A DNA stretch of 64,000 nt. It comes from Octopus vulgaris. Its lineage: Eukaryota. Position numbers and translations under genes: made by a program. Under the pieces are notes generated by a model. It ran no database searches. It was not told where the DNA came from and worked only from the letters and a program-made list of their open reading frames with translations. Numbering within the stretch: the first letter of the stretch is position 1; each line of letters starts with the position of its first letter. Shown in pieces: positions 1 to 13,897 of the stretch. The DNA is taken from the NCBI GenBank assembly GCA_951406725.2, contig OX597817.1, positions 147,994,001-148,058,000 of the forward strand, read 5' to 3'.

Positions 1-354
1 TTTTGGGGGAGGAGGCCAGTCGATGAAATCGACTCCAGCATACAACAGGAACTTAATTTATCGACCCGAAAGGATGGGAGGTAAAGTCGACTTCGGCGAA
101 ATTTGAACTCAGAAAGTAAAGACAGACAAAATACCTATTTCTTTACTACTCACAAGGGGCTAAACAGAGAGGACAGACAAACGGAGTAAGTCGATGGCAT
201 CGACCCCAGTGCGTAACTGGTACTTAATTTATCGACCCCGAAAGGATGAAAGGCAAAGTCAACCTCGGCGGAATTCGAACTCAGAACGTAACGGCAGACG
301 AAATACCCCTAAGCATTTCGCCCGGCGTGCTAACGTTTCTGCCAGCTTGCCACC
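1..354 (-). mobile_element. tRNA-derived SINE family A, internally duplicated unit; 3' end runs off the window
   Basis: Reverse complement of the head GGCGGCGAGCTGGCAGAAACGTTAGCACGCCGGGCG...GTTCAAATTCC plus core CTTTCATCCTTTCGGGGTCGATAAATTAAGTACCAG; matches copies at 6767, 57632 and 60537. Confidence 0.85.
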
Positions 355-1559
355 TTAAAATGACTATAAATAATGCGAACACTCTCCATTTTATATTTTA
401 GCGAACCAAAGGATCGTACTCATTTTGTAAGTTTCATATTTTTTCTGAGTACTTTTCTACAGCCCCATTCCAGATTAGATAAAATGATCATGCTGAAACT
501 TTTTAAATTGCACTTAAATGTTTCCTACACTTCAAAATCGAAATATCAACACCAGTATGGTTCAATCTATTACAGGAGATGACTTCTCACCTAACTGTTA
601 AACAATTACCCGCTTGTGTACACAAATATGAATTTGTATTTCAATTTATTCACGAGTGAATGAGTTAGTGCGTGCCTATGTGAGTAAAGATATTAGAAAA
701 GAGAGAAAGAAAACGGGGAGAGTGTCAAAAAAAAAATACGAAAAAAAATAAGGCGAAAAGAAGTTTTTCCATTTACGATATTAAAATTTCTAAATAAAAT
801 AAACTTAAAAAAGCAAAAGTTCCTTTGCGTCTCTGCCACTCTGGGTACAAACTGACTGTTTTATGCGTACAAATTTTGATTTGATTCCCAAAGTAATTGA
901 AAATCAATAACATATTTTATTCGGTCAGATTGTATCTAAGACTAAATTATCCAATATTCCCTTCCATTTCAAAGAAAGGTACACTATGTTTAGCTGATAT
1001 TTTACTGTTATTTTCAGCAGGTGAGAGCGAAACGTCAAGCGTAGAAGAAATTACGGAGAGTGTTGAGTCTGTACAGCGAAGAAATTTAATAATTATTTAA
1101 ATTTACAAATTCATAGAATAACCATAATATATTTCCACATTTAACCGTCGGCAGTAGCGATTTATTATTTATTTATATGACCATTTCTATATATCTTAAG
1201 TGTTAAATTTATCTCGATGTCTGTTCTTCAGCCATTATAATGCGCTGATCAGTATTATATACAATTTTGCCTTCGAATTTTATATTTTACTTTAGTTGAA
1301 ATATATCTGATTTTATTCTAAATAATGGAATAAATACGATTCATTTTATAGCAGGATTCGACTTCTTCGACATTCATTTCTTTATTTATGTCACATTTCG
1401 TTGAAAGGAACCTTCATCTAAATACGTCAGTCGATTTTTCTCTTTTCTAGCGAATTTCTCCATTTTTATTGTGAAAACGTATATTACATTATATTTACAT
1501 CAATCCTATTCAACAAATTTTTTACCATGTCACCCATATATACACACATGCAGGCAATG

Positions 1560-1646
<87 letters not shown>

Positions 1647-1676
1647 AAATATATATATAATATATATATAATATAC

Positions 1677-1750
<74 letters not shown>

Positions 1751-1866
1751 GTGTTTGTGTATACGTGCCTGTGTGTGTATGTGTATTCATAAATATCTAT
1801 CATGCTATACCTAGCAACCAACTCTCGAAAATACATATATACGTAGACTCGCTCACACATACCACG

Positions 1867-1915
<49 letters not shown>

Positions 1916-3002
1916 ATGTGTGTATTTATGTGTGTGTGTGTGTCTGTGTGCGTGTGTGTCTGTTTGGATAAAGTGAAAGTGAAAGTGCAGTGTAAACTGA
2001 ACCACGTGGACGTACATATATTTGTTGAAACCTATATATTGATTTTTGTGTCTGTAGTGTCTACCTACCACTAATTCTTTCACTTTTCTCCAACCTCGCA
2101 ATCTACTTTTATTTTTTTTTTAATTGTTCTGTCATTCTAATTATCGTACATATACCCATGTTAGGTTTACAGGAATTGGTTCTCTGGTATTTGTTAACCT
2201 CACTCTATACATCATCAGATTTAAGTGCTTTTGATAGACGAAGTTATTTATTCTCATCAGTCATTGTTTGTTTGCAAGTCAAAAGCTAATGAGATTAGCT
2301 TGTGTTTGAGACCATCCGCTGACGTTTTTTCTAAATCTATGTGACAGAATACTCAAAATGCTTATACACAACACATTTGTTTGTTTCATATTAACGCTAC
2401 TGAAAGAACTTTAAAATGAACATGTTATGGAGCTCTCAGTTACTATGAGGAATATACACCATAGGTAAACATATAATACTTCTGTTCTGTTTAATTTTGG
2501 AATATTTCAGACGTTTTAGACAATTTAATCTTAAAGTACTGTAATGATTATTAATGCTAGTCGATTGAAATGTTTGCTATAATAATGAATATCCATTCCT
2601 TTATCCATTTTGGCCAACCACTGTTTCTGGGAGGAACATAGGGTAGACATTATACTTTATACAGCAGATAGACATTATACTTTCCTTCTGGATTCCAAAG
2701 TATAACCTACTTAGTCTATTGGTATTACCTAATTGCATCCTTCCTAGTCAATCCCTGGATCCCTTGCCGGTTGGCTCGGCATGAAGAAACCTTCATGCGA
2801 CCCCTTCTCGCGATATTCTAACCAAATATCCGTAGTGCCGGAGCTATGACCTTACAATGCAAAAATGTAGGGGCTTTTACTGCAGAGACACATTGATCTC
2901 TGTTAGCATGAAATTGTAATTTAATAACCCATATATTCGCAAAGTTATTATTAATAATAGGTATTTGAATCAATCTAAATGTAAGAAATACTTCTCTCTC
3001 TG

Positions 3003-3054
<52 letters not shown>

Positions 3055-3240
3055 TCTCACTCATTCTCTTTTCTACTGCAAATAAAACTAAATAAAAAAT
3101 TAACGATTTTGGGGGAAAACATAAAAAATCCTTAAATTATAAACTATTTTCCCCTGAATTCGTAAAATGTTGAATTTAGCATAATCTATTTTTCTCGCGT
3201 TAGTTCTGACCATTTCAAAGAAAAGTGAAATTGCACTAAA

Positions 3241-4081
3241 CGAGGTCTGATCAATAAGTATGCGTACTGATGCCATAGTAACGAATCTGAAGCATGCAGA
3301 GTAAAGCTCCTTCGCAAAGATTGACTTTGAACTCTGTTACGAATATGAACTAGGTTTCAACATTGTAACTCACGTTGAAACCTAGAAGGACGGTGTGTTG
3401 TGTGTGATCATCGCAGTGACCATGAAAGCGAAAGTTGAGCAGAGAATCTGCAGCAAAGTTTTCCAAAAGCTTGGCGATACCTCTTAAGTGGCCTACGCAA
3501 TATTTTCAAAAGGTTTCCATCACTCTCGGCACAATCAAGAAAATCTTGTGCAACGGAATCCGGGGGTCTGTTCGGCACAAACTTGGCAGACAGGCGTCTC
3601 ATACCCAAATGTTCAGTGATAATGGACTTAACTGAACCGTAACTAATCTGCACATTCTCTGAAAACTCACAGATGGTGATTCGGCGATTTCCCCTCAAAG
3701 CTGCACGCATATCTGCAATGTTTGTCTCAGTTGTGCTAGTTGCGAATCTCAATATCGACATTTTGTCGGCCATCTTGGAAAGGTCTGAACCACATGTACA
3801 CGTGAATGCGACCCATACACTTCTTTTCATACATTTTCAGCAAATTTACGTAGGGCTCTGAGCAGGTGTCGCCATGACAAATTTCTGTCATGGTCAATGT
3901 AACGATCACACGCTACACACCTTTACTTCCAACTATTTTTGTAAACAGCAGAAGTGAGTTACAACGTTAAAACTTAGTGCACATGCAAAACAGAGTTCAA
4001 GGTCAATCTTTGCCCGGCAGCTTTATTTTCCGTGCTTTAGCTTCTTCGTTACTATGGCAACAATCTTGCCCACACCTCGTA
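3241..4081 (-). mobile_element. Non-autonomous mariner derivative with long terminal inverted repeats
   Basis: Ends CGAGGTCTGA.../...CACACCTCGTA; arms about 3241-3480 and 3860-4081 are reverse-complementary; internal RRITI..SYGSV..I.TEHLGMRRLSAKFVP mariner motif (ORF 3408-3830). Confidence 0.8.
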
Positions 4082-4642
4082 CAATAGCTACGAACGACTA
4101 AAACATTTTAGAACTTTATGCTGCGAAGAAAAAGGATAATAGTATACACTCTGTACACCTTGAATTTTTGGCATAACATTCTCAGTTTAACTTGAATAGA
4201 TTAACTCCCTTGTTAATCACCAGAAGCATCAAATACTAATTTCGTTCTATCCAACATTGAAAGGGATTCCCTACAAATTACAGACACCAGAAAATACAAG
4301 TCAAACTTATAGAGATTCACATTAATTTCTGTTTTCATTATATACGGTTCTATAATAAAAGTTTAGAGTTGCTTTATCTCCAGAATTTTCCATAAATAAG
4401 AACTGTAGCGACTTGTATGACAAAAGAAGGTGGCAACCGAAATTTTGTACGCTCGATTAAAACTTCCGATGAGGAATGTAGATAAAAGTTTTCCAGTGCA
4501 CGTCACCGGAAAATCCTTTCAGATTGCTCTCTAGGCCAATATTAAACGGATCTTAGGCTGGATACAAGTACATACTTCAGTATATGGTATTTGAATAAGT
4601 GTCAACCTCATAGTGCCAAAATCTGTAAAAATTACCGATTCA

Positions 4643-5062
4643 GGAGTAGGAGTGGCTGTGTGGTATGTAGCTTGCTTACGAGTCACATGGTTTCGAATTC
4701 AGTCCCACTGTGTGGCACCTTGGACAAGTGTCCTCTGCTATAGCCTTGAGCCGACCAAAACCTTGTGAATGGATTTGGTAGACGGAAAATGAAAGAAGCC
4801 CGTCGTATATATGCATATATATATATATGTGTGTGCATGTGTGTGTATATGTTTGTGTGCCTGTGTTTGTCACCCCAACATCGCTTGACAAGCGATGCTG
4901 GTGCGTTTAGGTCCCTGTAACTTAGCGGTTCGTCAAATAGAGACCGATACAATAAGTACTAGGCTTACAAAGAATAAGTCCTGGGGTCGATTTGCTCGAC
5001 TAAAGGCGGTGCTCCAGCATGGCCACAGTCAAATGACTGAAACAAGTAAAAGAGTAAAAGAG
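4643..5062 (+). mobile_element. tRNA-derived SINE family B
   Basis: Head GGAGTGGCTGTGTGGTA..GGTTTCGAATTCAGTCCC, internal TA/TG tract, tail GGCGGTGCTCCAGCATGGCC..CTGAAACAAGT(AAAAGAGT)n; many near-identical copies in the window. Confidence 0.85.
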
Positions 5063-5189
5063 GGTAAGGAGAGTTTATTGAAAGACAGATAAATGATAAA
5101 TGAAAAATTACTTAACTTCAGCTAGAAATAAGGCGATATGTTGATGGATTTTAAATTCAGTCTCGCTATAAGATAAATTTACCTTTTAT

Positions 5190-5688
5190 TACTTACTCCT
5201 TTCAACTACTAGAATGCTGCAGCATCGCTTTGAAGAACTTTTCGTCGAATGAGTTGACTCCAGCGCTCTTTTTAATATTCTATCACCTTCTTTTGCCAAA
5301 CCACTAAGTTACGGAGACGTAAACACACCAACACTGGTTCTCGAAAGGTGATGGAGAGACAAACACAGATACAAAGAGACACACACATATACATACGACG
5401 AGCTTCTTTCAGTTTTCATATACTAAGTCTTTCACTTTTCTCCAAGCACGCGATGTATTTTTTTTTTTTTTTTAAATTGTTCTGTCACTCTAATTATTGT
5501 ACATATACCCATGTTAAGTTTACAGGAATTGGTTCTCTGGTATTTGTTAACCTCACTCTATACATCATCAAAAGGCTTTGATCGGCCCAAGGCTATATTA
5601 GAAGACACTTGTCCAAGGTGTCACTCAGGAGAACTGATCCCGGAACCATGTGACTGGGGAGCAAGCTTCTTATGACACGGCCGCGCCC
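5190..5688 (-). mobile_element. SINE family B, diverged, carrying a foreign insert of about 150 bp
   Basis: Reverse-complement match to 4643-5062; 5422-5570 matches 2070-2217 instead. Confidence 0.75.
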
Positions 5689-5834
5689 GTGTTTATAAAA
5701 GCAGATTGTTCAAACGAAGATAATCATTTTAATGATTCCAATTATGACGCATAAGAAAGCCACCTTTTTAACAGATGGTTTACTGACACTCAATTATAGA
5801 CATACATTTATACAAGCCTACACACACACACACA

Positions 5835-5865
<31 letters not shown>

Positions 5866-6299
5866 GATAGAATGTAAATAAATTTGTGGATACGTTGATC
5901 TCACCAATAAGAAACTATAATTCTCAATTTTAAATGTAAAACACATAGAAAAAAAAAACAGTTTTTGTTCCGTCGTTCTGTAAATTGTTTCTCGTAAGTA
6001 AGAAACTAATGTAAATAATTTTCATAATATTTTCCTAACGAATATTTGTTGTAGTTAAGTGTCTTAAGTTTAATAATATAATTAAACTCTAATGCTAAAG
6101 AGCGTATGAGAAGTTTGATCTTCATTCGTGACTTGCACACAATTCGCAAGAACGTAACAACGCATTTAAAAAGATAGTTTTACAACCAGCAATAAAATCA
6201 GAGCTTAGATAAGGGGAAGCATACCCCTTTTTTCCATTATTTTCGGAATTAGATACATTTTAGGAAGAAGACTAGCCATACTTAACAGCTATTAATTTC

Positions 6300-6435
6300 A
6301 TCATATTTTATCTATCCCGAAAAATGAAAGGCAAAGTCGACCTCGGTAGAGTTTGAACTCCGAATGTAAAAACAACGAAACGCCGCTGAGCTTTTCGCCC
6401 GGCGTGCTGTCAGTTCTTTCAGCTCGCTGCCTTGA
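6300..6435 (-). mobile_element. SINE family A, truncated
   Basis: GAAAGGCAAAGTCGACCTCGG..GAACTC..CGCCCGGCGTGC..AGCTCGCTGCC. Confidence 0.7.
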
Positions 6436-6766
6436 GGAAGGACAATAACATAAACAGGAAATTAATCGTGTGTTTGATCTTTGGCCGTTGTATCAGGTTA
6501 CATTACGTTGGCTCTGCTTCAGCAACTCAAGATCTAAGAAATAGCCACTAAAGCAAACAAGTTAAACAATTAAACAGTAATAGATATGAGTGTAATCCGC
6601 AGTTAATCAAAAATGCCATCAAGGGCCTACGTCTCTTTGTGGCATGATGCTCTTCCTAAAAGAGCATACAATGCCATTTGTTAGCAAGATTACTCCGGGT
6701 TAAACAAAGACTATGCCCCTAGCATTGTATACTTATATTTCAGTAGAATTAATATTAGTGGATGAT

Positions 6767-7142
6767 CAGGCGGCGAGCTGGCAGAAACGTTAGCACGCCG
6801 GGCGAAATGCTTAGGGGTATTTCGTCGACTTTGCCTTTCATCCTTTCGGGGCCGATATATTAAGGACCAGTTACGTACTGGGGTCGATGTAATCGACTTA
6901 ATCCGTTTGTCTGTCCTTGTTTGTCCTCTCTGTGTTTAGCCCTTTCTGGGTAGTAAAGAAATAGGTTATTTCGTCTGCTGCTACATTCTGAGGTCAAATT
7001 CTGCCGAGGTTGAATTTGCCTTCCATCATTTCGGGGTCGATAAATTAAGTACCAGTTGCGTACTGAGATCCATCTAATCGACTGCCTCCCCCCCAAAAAA
7101 AGAAACCCCAACAAATTGAGTCTTGTGCCTAGTGCAGTAAAG
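6767..7142 (+). mobile_element. SINE family A with 16-bp target-site duplication
   Basis: TSD AATATTAGTGGATGAT at 6751-6766 and 7143-7158. Confidence 0.9.
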
Positions 7143-7509
7143 AATATTAGTGGATGATTCCCATTAAGGCATATTTTATGAAGTACAAACATAAAAGTTA
7201 TGATATAATTGCTTGGGCGGGAAAAGGTAAAATCACGTTCATCCATAAATTTCAATTGGCCAGCAGGTGTGAAAATCTCCTCGAAAATAGATAAAGGGAA
7301 CATTTGCGAAAATTAGAGAAAGGGAACATTTACAAAAACCAAAATCTCAGGATGGCAGTAAAAACTATGCAAGAATGTTTTCCCCAAAAATCAACATGGC
7401 GTATTTGTGTTACTCGAATCGCAATGAAGGGTTTTCTCTTATTTTTGTTACAAACAAACGTCATGATTGGAAAAAGTTGAAATCACAGAAAGGAAATATA
7501 CATACATAC

Positions 7510-7584
<75 letters not shown>

Positions 7585-8037
7585 AATATATATGTATATA
7601 CAGACGTATATTATCACATGCATAAATATTAACGCTAAGACACACACACACACATTTGACAAGAGCGAAGGACGTTATAAATGATATGCACTTCACAATG
7701 TTTCTTGGTTTAATTTCATACCAGTTCAGGATGATTTCTTTTCGTGAGCAAATATTGTTTGCTTGCTAAACTAAAATCAGAAACCAATTGGTCCAGGAAA
7801 CTTGATGGTAAAATGGTTTTATTTTTTAATTTCGTTCCTGTCGAATTTTATCCCTAATGTTTGTGGTTATAGAACCTAGTTGTTCTTTCTAGCGTGTTAA
7901 AGTCCACGAATGGATTCCTTATGTGTTTAAATGTACACTATATATTATGACTAATTCATAGTCTTTGGGGACTAAATATTTACACGTTAGGCCACTGGAA
8001 TTGAAAATTTTAATTTTCCATTTCCTTTTGGTATGTC

Positions 8038-8081
<44 letters not shown>

Positions 8082-8105
8082 TATATACATATTTATATTT
8101 ATATG

Positions 8106-8171
<66 letters not shown>

Positions 8172-8840
8172 CATGCATACAACCACATACAAACCTGCAT
8201 GTATTCTGCATAATCTATTAATAATGGCGAAGGTCATGCAAAATTTTTGAAAACTCTGTGAGTTTCTTTTCTTTTGACATATCTGCGCATATTCAAGGAT
8301 TCAAATGGTTTTGCTAGGTTTATCAATAATACATTAGTGGACATATCCAATCCTACAACATCTGGAATAAACGCATTATTATTTGCTTGTTATTTCCGTT
8401 TCTGAAATTGATTGTAGACAACTAGCATCTAACTATTGTTTGCACTAATTTATTACGTGTCATTACTGATTGAATACAACACAAGCTTATTGGAGTAGTT
8501 CTGTCATCATACACAATATAAGAAATGTTCGTATCAATCTAACAAGTCTGTACCCCTCATAACTTTACTAGCCAGATCCTGACTCATATTCTCTTCAATC
8601 ATCAATCATATTCTCTTGCTGTCAGCAGGAGTTTATAACCAATTTTTCCTCCATAACACTTCCTGTTAGATTTGGCTTCGTTATTTAGTGTTGCTTCTCT
8701 TTCTATGAGTGTGATGATTTGGATAATTGATATCATTATGTTATGATATTAGATCAGCCACAAGTAAATATCTTATTTATATTTGCGTATGGAGCTTATG
8801 CAAGTAGGAATCAAAATTCACTAACTATAATTGTGTTTGT

Positions 8841-8894
<54 letters not shown>

Positions 8895-8913
8895 ACATAT
8901 ATACATACATACA

Positions 8914-9011
<98 letters not shown>

Positions 9012-9242
9012 AACTCACATATTCACATATGCACACACGCACATACAGTTCCACACGCATATTATATGTGTATAGACGCATTTACTTTCGTACAAGTTTA
9101 TTAATTTACTGAAGAGCAAGTATGGGTGTGGCAGTATATATATATAAATATATATCCGTGTGTGCGTGTGTGTCTGTGTTTACAAAGAGTAAGTCTTGCG
9201 GTACTCCAGCATGGCCGCAGTCAGATGATTGAAACAAATAAG

Positions 9243-9285
<43 letters not shown>

Positions 9286-9739
9286 TATATAAACACATAC
9301 ACACACACACATCCTGCATATACTTTAAACATAGGATTACTCATGCACGTATATCCTTCCAACCGCCGCCACCACTTCTATTTATCGATTAACGGAACAG
9401 TATGGTAATTCTCAGATCCTATGTCCCGTTGGTAAAATAAAATTAATCTAACATACAAGGCTCCGTCGCACTTTAATATATGGAATTGATAGATGTCGTT
9501 GTTTGATATCTAAAAAATCGAATTTAAACACCCTGTCGTAGGCAACGCAAAAATTTATTGTTTAGCTACTATCTATATGTGTATGTATTGTTTAGCACAC
9601 GCACTAATCCTAACATACACATACACATTGTCACATATATACACACACAATTGTCCTGGGTCGTCTGAATTACTGATCCCAACCGTGGTCGTGACAGAGC
9701 AGGAAATTTGTGGCAGAACTTGAGGCAATCCCGCGCCAC

Positions 9740-10185
9740 TACACAAAGAATATTGACTCGGTGAAATACATGAGCTAATGGTAGAGGCTACAAGAAATGA
9801 AGCTGTACTCTCTGGAGAGAAGGTGAGAAAAGTATGCAGTGATATCGTGGAAGGTCTAGCCTCCAACTTTGGAATTAAAAGTAATACCAACCACCGAACT
9901 TGGCGGTTTCATGGTATCATGGGACAACAACTGCTTAACATTCTGTCAAAGAGCCTACGAGATCGGAAAGGTGTAAATGTAGAAATCTTCAAAACGCACT
10001 TGAGCAAATATCTATATGAAATCCCGACGTCATAGCAGGAGGCACAAAGAGGTGCTGGGTCGTGCAGCTTGCTTCTTCAGCCAAAACAGTATCGAAAGGA
10101 GACCGAAAACGACTGAAATGCGGTACTTCAGCATGGCCCCTGTCTCTCGCTGAAACCCAGTGAACGAATAGAAGAATATAGAATA
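9740..10185 (+). mobile_element. CR1-group LINE, 3' fragment
   Basis: ORF 9778-10035 ends LLNILSKSLRDRKGVNVEIFKTHLSKYLYEIP, like the CR1 ORF2 C-terminus; short-repeat tail. Confidence 0.6.
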
Positions 10186-10197
10186 TGTGTGTGTGCG

Positions 10198-10236
<39 letters not shown>

Positions 10237-10255
10237 ATAAATATATATAAATATA

Positions 10256-10434
10256 TACTCTTTTACTTGTTTCAGTCATTTGACTGAGGCCATGCTGGAG
10301 GACCGCCTTTAGTCGAGCAAATCGACCCCGGGACTATAGCAGAAGACACTTAACCAAAGTGCCACGCAGTGGGACTGAACCCGGAACCACGTGGTTGGTT
10401 AGCAAGCTACTTACCACACAGCCACTCCTGCGCC
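10256..10434 (-). mobile_element. SINE family B, internally deleted
   Basis: Both head and tail of family B are present and the middle is missing. Confidence 0.8.
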
Positions 10435-10466
10435 TATTTATATATATATTATATATATATATATAT

Positions 10467-10500
<34 letters not shown>

Positions 10501-10506
10501 ATTGAG

Positions 10507-10948
10507 CATAGAACAAACATTAAATTCGAGTCAACGGCTTTATATATAGGACCATACGTCAAATACCTCAAAAACATTTGATCATATATAAATATAACAT
10601 GGCTCTTCAACATAACAATATACATATACAAAAAACACAAGGTAAAAATAGAAATATACAGAACGGCTTATAAAAAAGGTAAATAAAATCGACTAAATAT
10701 TCTAAAGCGTGTCATGCTACTAAAAATCTAAATAAACTAAAAGAAAATAAAAAACATCAATCGACTAAAAAACTTTTTGTACTGCTCTCACAGAAAAGAG
10801 TACGTCCAAAAACTCCAATCCATAAAACCATGGTTAGAGTCCAGGAGCAAAAGGAGATTCACAAAATCAAATCAGACATCAAGTCAAATGTTTGGGAGTA
10901 TGGTGCTATATATAAAGTCGTTGACTCGAATTTCATGTTTGTTCTATG
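10507..10948. repeat. Inverted repeat with arms of about 70 bp (10507-10581 and 10884-10948)
   Basis: CATAGAACAAACATTAAATTCGAGTCAACGGCTTTATATATAGGACCATAC versus GTATGGTGCTATATATAAAGTCGTTGACTCGAATTTCATGTTTGTTCTATG. Confidence 0.85.
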
Positions 10949-11164
10949 ATTATTGTTTCTTTTATCTCTGTCTCAATGACATTTGAGCACTTCTTTTTTG
11001 CAGACTTTTCCAAAGTGTATCCCGGTGAAGGCTTTCGAAAACTTTTTCAAAATCAACAAACAGTATGCACAAAGATGGGTTCCATTCATGGGATCTTTCG
11101 AGTATTTGGCGAATTAGAGAAATATTGTCGATACATGATTTTCCTTTCCTGAATCCAACTTGCT

Positions 11165-12008
11165 CTTGAATATAAACGAGGTATAGAATGGAACAGAACT
11201 CAATTAGAAGATTTAGGATATTCAGACGAGCTATTTTGTTCTCATACAGGCCTCAAGTTTTACAAGACAAATCGGAAAGACTTAGTCAAATAACCAACAC
11301 CATAGTTCTGAAAAATCAGCGAGAAGAAAACGTACACTCTTTGTAAAAATATAACAGATGCTGACCATGTGACTTTGAACGACAAATCAGTCGCGAATGT
11401 TAATGAATTTAACTATCTAGGCACCAAAATAACAATGGATGGAGACTGCACTCAGGAAATAATTACAAGAATCAGCAAAGCCAACCAGTTATTCGGTATC
11501 TTAAAGTTATAATGGAAATCATCAATATTCGGGAAGAACACGGAAATCCGATTTTGGAAAAAGCAACATATTTAGCATCCTTCTCTATGGATCCGAATGT
11601 CTGAAAAACAAACAAAAGGACTGAAAAGAAATTGGTGATGTTTCAAAATAAATGTTTCGGTAAAATTTTGAAGGTCTACTGGCCGAATATGATATCGAAT
11701 CGCAAACTACACACCAAGACTAACATGAAGCCAATAAAAGAAACTATTGAAGCAAGGAGATGGAAATGGCTGGGTCGAGTTTGTCGATATAAACCGAATT
11801 CAATTGTCAGGATCGCTTTGCAATGGGTTCCACAAGGTAAAAGAAGACGTGGCAGACGAAAGGAAACGTGGCGAAAACAATATGAAATGATCTTAAAACC
11901 AAAGGGTTAACAATGGAACAAGCTGTCAGGGACGCTTTCAATGTTAGAAGGTAGTATGATCTTACTGTCTCCACCAGTGTCACAAAACACAATGAGAACC
12001 GAATGAAG
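11165..12008 (+). mobile_element. RTE-clade LINE, 5'-truncated and decayed
   Basis: LEDLGYSDE (RT YADD region), LLYGSEC, ISN..L...RRWKWLG..C...RIALQWVPQGKRRRGRRKETW. Confidence 0.85.
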
Positions 12009-12022
12009 GTATATATATATAT

Positions 12023-12885
12023 ATGGTGTGATGGGTACATTGTCGAAATTATATATTCATAATTTCGGGCAGGTGCATTGTTTGTTTTTGATTGTACAGT
12101 AGGGTCAGTTGGGCAGCGTATATGACAAGGGCAGGACCATGATGCAATTCACGCTGCCAGAAATTTGGAAACGACATACTGTAATGCATTCACGCCGGAA
12201 GCTCCAATGCAAACATTTCATAGTGTTTGGGTGTGAAACTGTGGACAGTGTATGTACCGAGACTGATAAAAAACAAACATCCAATCAACATCATTGTGCT
12301 TGGAGTGATCATTAGTGATGACGACGTTTGGCCTCCATTCATCTTCCCATACAGCCTCAGACTCAACACGGAGGCCTACATCAAGTGCCTTGGGAAGGTC
12401 GTGCTGCCCATGGTCAAGATGTTTGCAGCTGGAAGATCCTATATCTAGCAACCGGGCTCTGCACGATGCCACACAAGCAAAAGAACACAGTCATGGCTGT
12501 CAGACAATTTCCGTGACCACATCACCCCTAATATCTGCTCACCTAACTCCCAAGATTGCAACCCCTTTGATTATTATGTGTGGGGCGCAGTCGAGCGAGA
12601 GACCAACAATACTCCATGTAATATCAAAGATGAACTGAAAGCAAGTATAAAGGCAGTATTCAGCAACTTAAACAAAGAGACTGTCCAGAAGGGCTGCAGG
12701 AGTTTCCGAAATCATATGGAGGCTGTGGGTGAAGCCAAATGCGATTTTATTGAATAAATTTACTCTTTAGTATTTCAAGATATTTTTTACGTAACCTTGG
12801 CAAATATAATCTATTAAAACGAGTTGTCAGTGTTATTTTCATATTTGCGTAAGTTACACGAAAGTTTGATTCACCAAACCGTGTA
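12023..12885 (+). mobile_element. Tc1/mariner, DD37D (maT-like), internally deleted
   Basis: KHPINIIVLGVI..PPFIF..LN.EAY; 37 residues between the mutated second Asp position (QPGSA) and the last Asp of SPNSQDCNPFDYYVWG. Confidence 0.8.
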
Positions 12886-12886
12886 T

Positions 12887-12969
<83 letters not shown>

Positions 12970-13086
12970 GCTGAAGTGAAGAGAACATGTTCTTTGTCTA
13001 TCTTCTTACCTTCTTAGATGTTTTTGGTAAAATTATTCTAATGTATCCATCTGTTTTAATTTAATTTACTTTAATTCCATGTATTT

Positions 13087-13174
13087 ATGCAGCTGAGGAT
13101 TGCTCTGCATTTAAATTGATGTAATGGTTCCATTGTTCAATTAAATGGAGTCGCTTGAAACGATTGCACTGCAT
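13087..13174 (+). ncRNA. Type I hammerhead ribozyme motif, degenerate (cleavage triplet GCA), in a roughly 330-bp PLE-like fragment embedded in (TA)n
   Basis: ATGCAG-CTGAGGA-long stem II-GAAAC-GATT-GCA-CTGCAT; perfect 6-bp stem I. Confidence 0.65.
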
Positions 13175-13299
13175 TACCTCTGGGTACCTTGTTGCTTATT
13201 TTGATTTTAATCACCGTATTTTGAAACTGTATGGATAATACCGTACTAAATTCTAGTGCATCAACGTCGGTACCTAATTCATCTGAATCTATATTTTTG

Positions 13300-13442
<143 letters not shown>

Positions 13443-13833
13443 ATATGTATATGTGTATGTATGTATGAATATGTATGTATATATATGTGTGTATATATAT
13501 TTATCTATGTATATATATGTATATATATGTATGTATATATATATGCATATATATATACACACACACACACATATATATATGCTTATATACTTGCACACGT
13601 ATAAACCCACAAACACACGCACACGCAGACATATATAACATATTTCTATTCATATAATATTAGTTACCTAACTGCATCTAGCCTTTGATTTAATTGAAAA
13701 GAATTTGTTTTTAAATATTCAAAATATAAAGAAAGTAGCACTTATATCCGATAAGACATTTTTAATCCTTTAAAGATAAAATGAAATGGTGTACAACTTT
13801 AGATATATTAGCATATGTTTGTGCTTCCCGCTT

Positions 13834-13897
13834 TTAACGCCATGGCTCAGTTAGAGTAGGAAGAGCAGCACCCATTAACTTTTTAATGTCTCCAACA
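13834..13897 (-). pseudogene. Predicted last coding exon of an unidentified gene relic (SVGDIKKLMGAALPTLTEPWR*)
   Basis: Acceptor CATTTCTTCTTTCTAG; phase 2 start matches the preceding exon; TAA at 13836-13834. Confidence 0.6.

Noticed and set aside
948-1100. Exon-like segment with acceptors on both strands
   Set aside because: Orientation ambiguous, no partner exon, no homology recognisable
8400-8600. MRGTDLLD on the minus strand, reminiscent of piggyBac MGGVD
   Set aside because: Single short motif, no TTAA or TIR support
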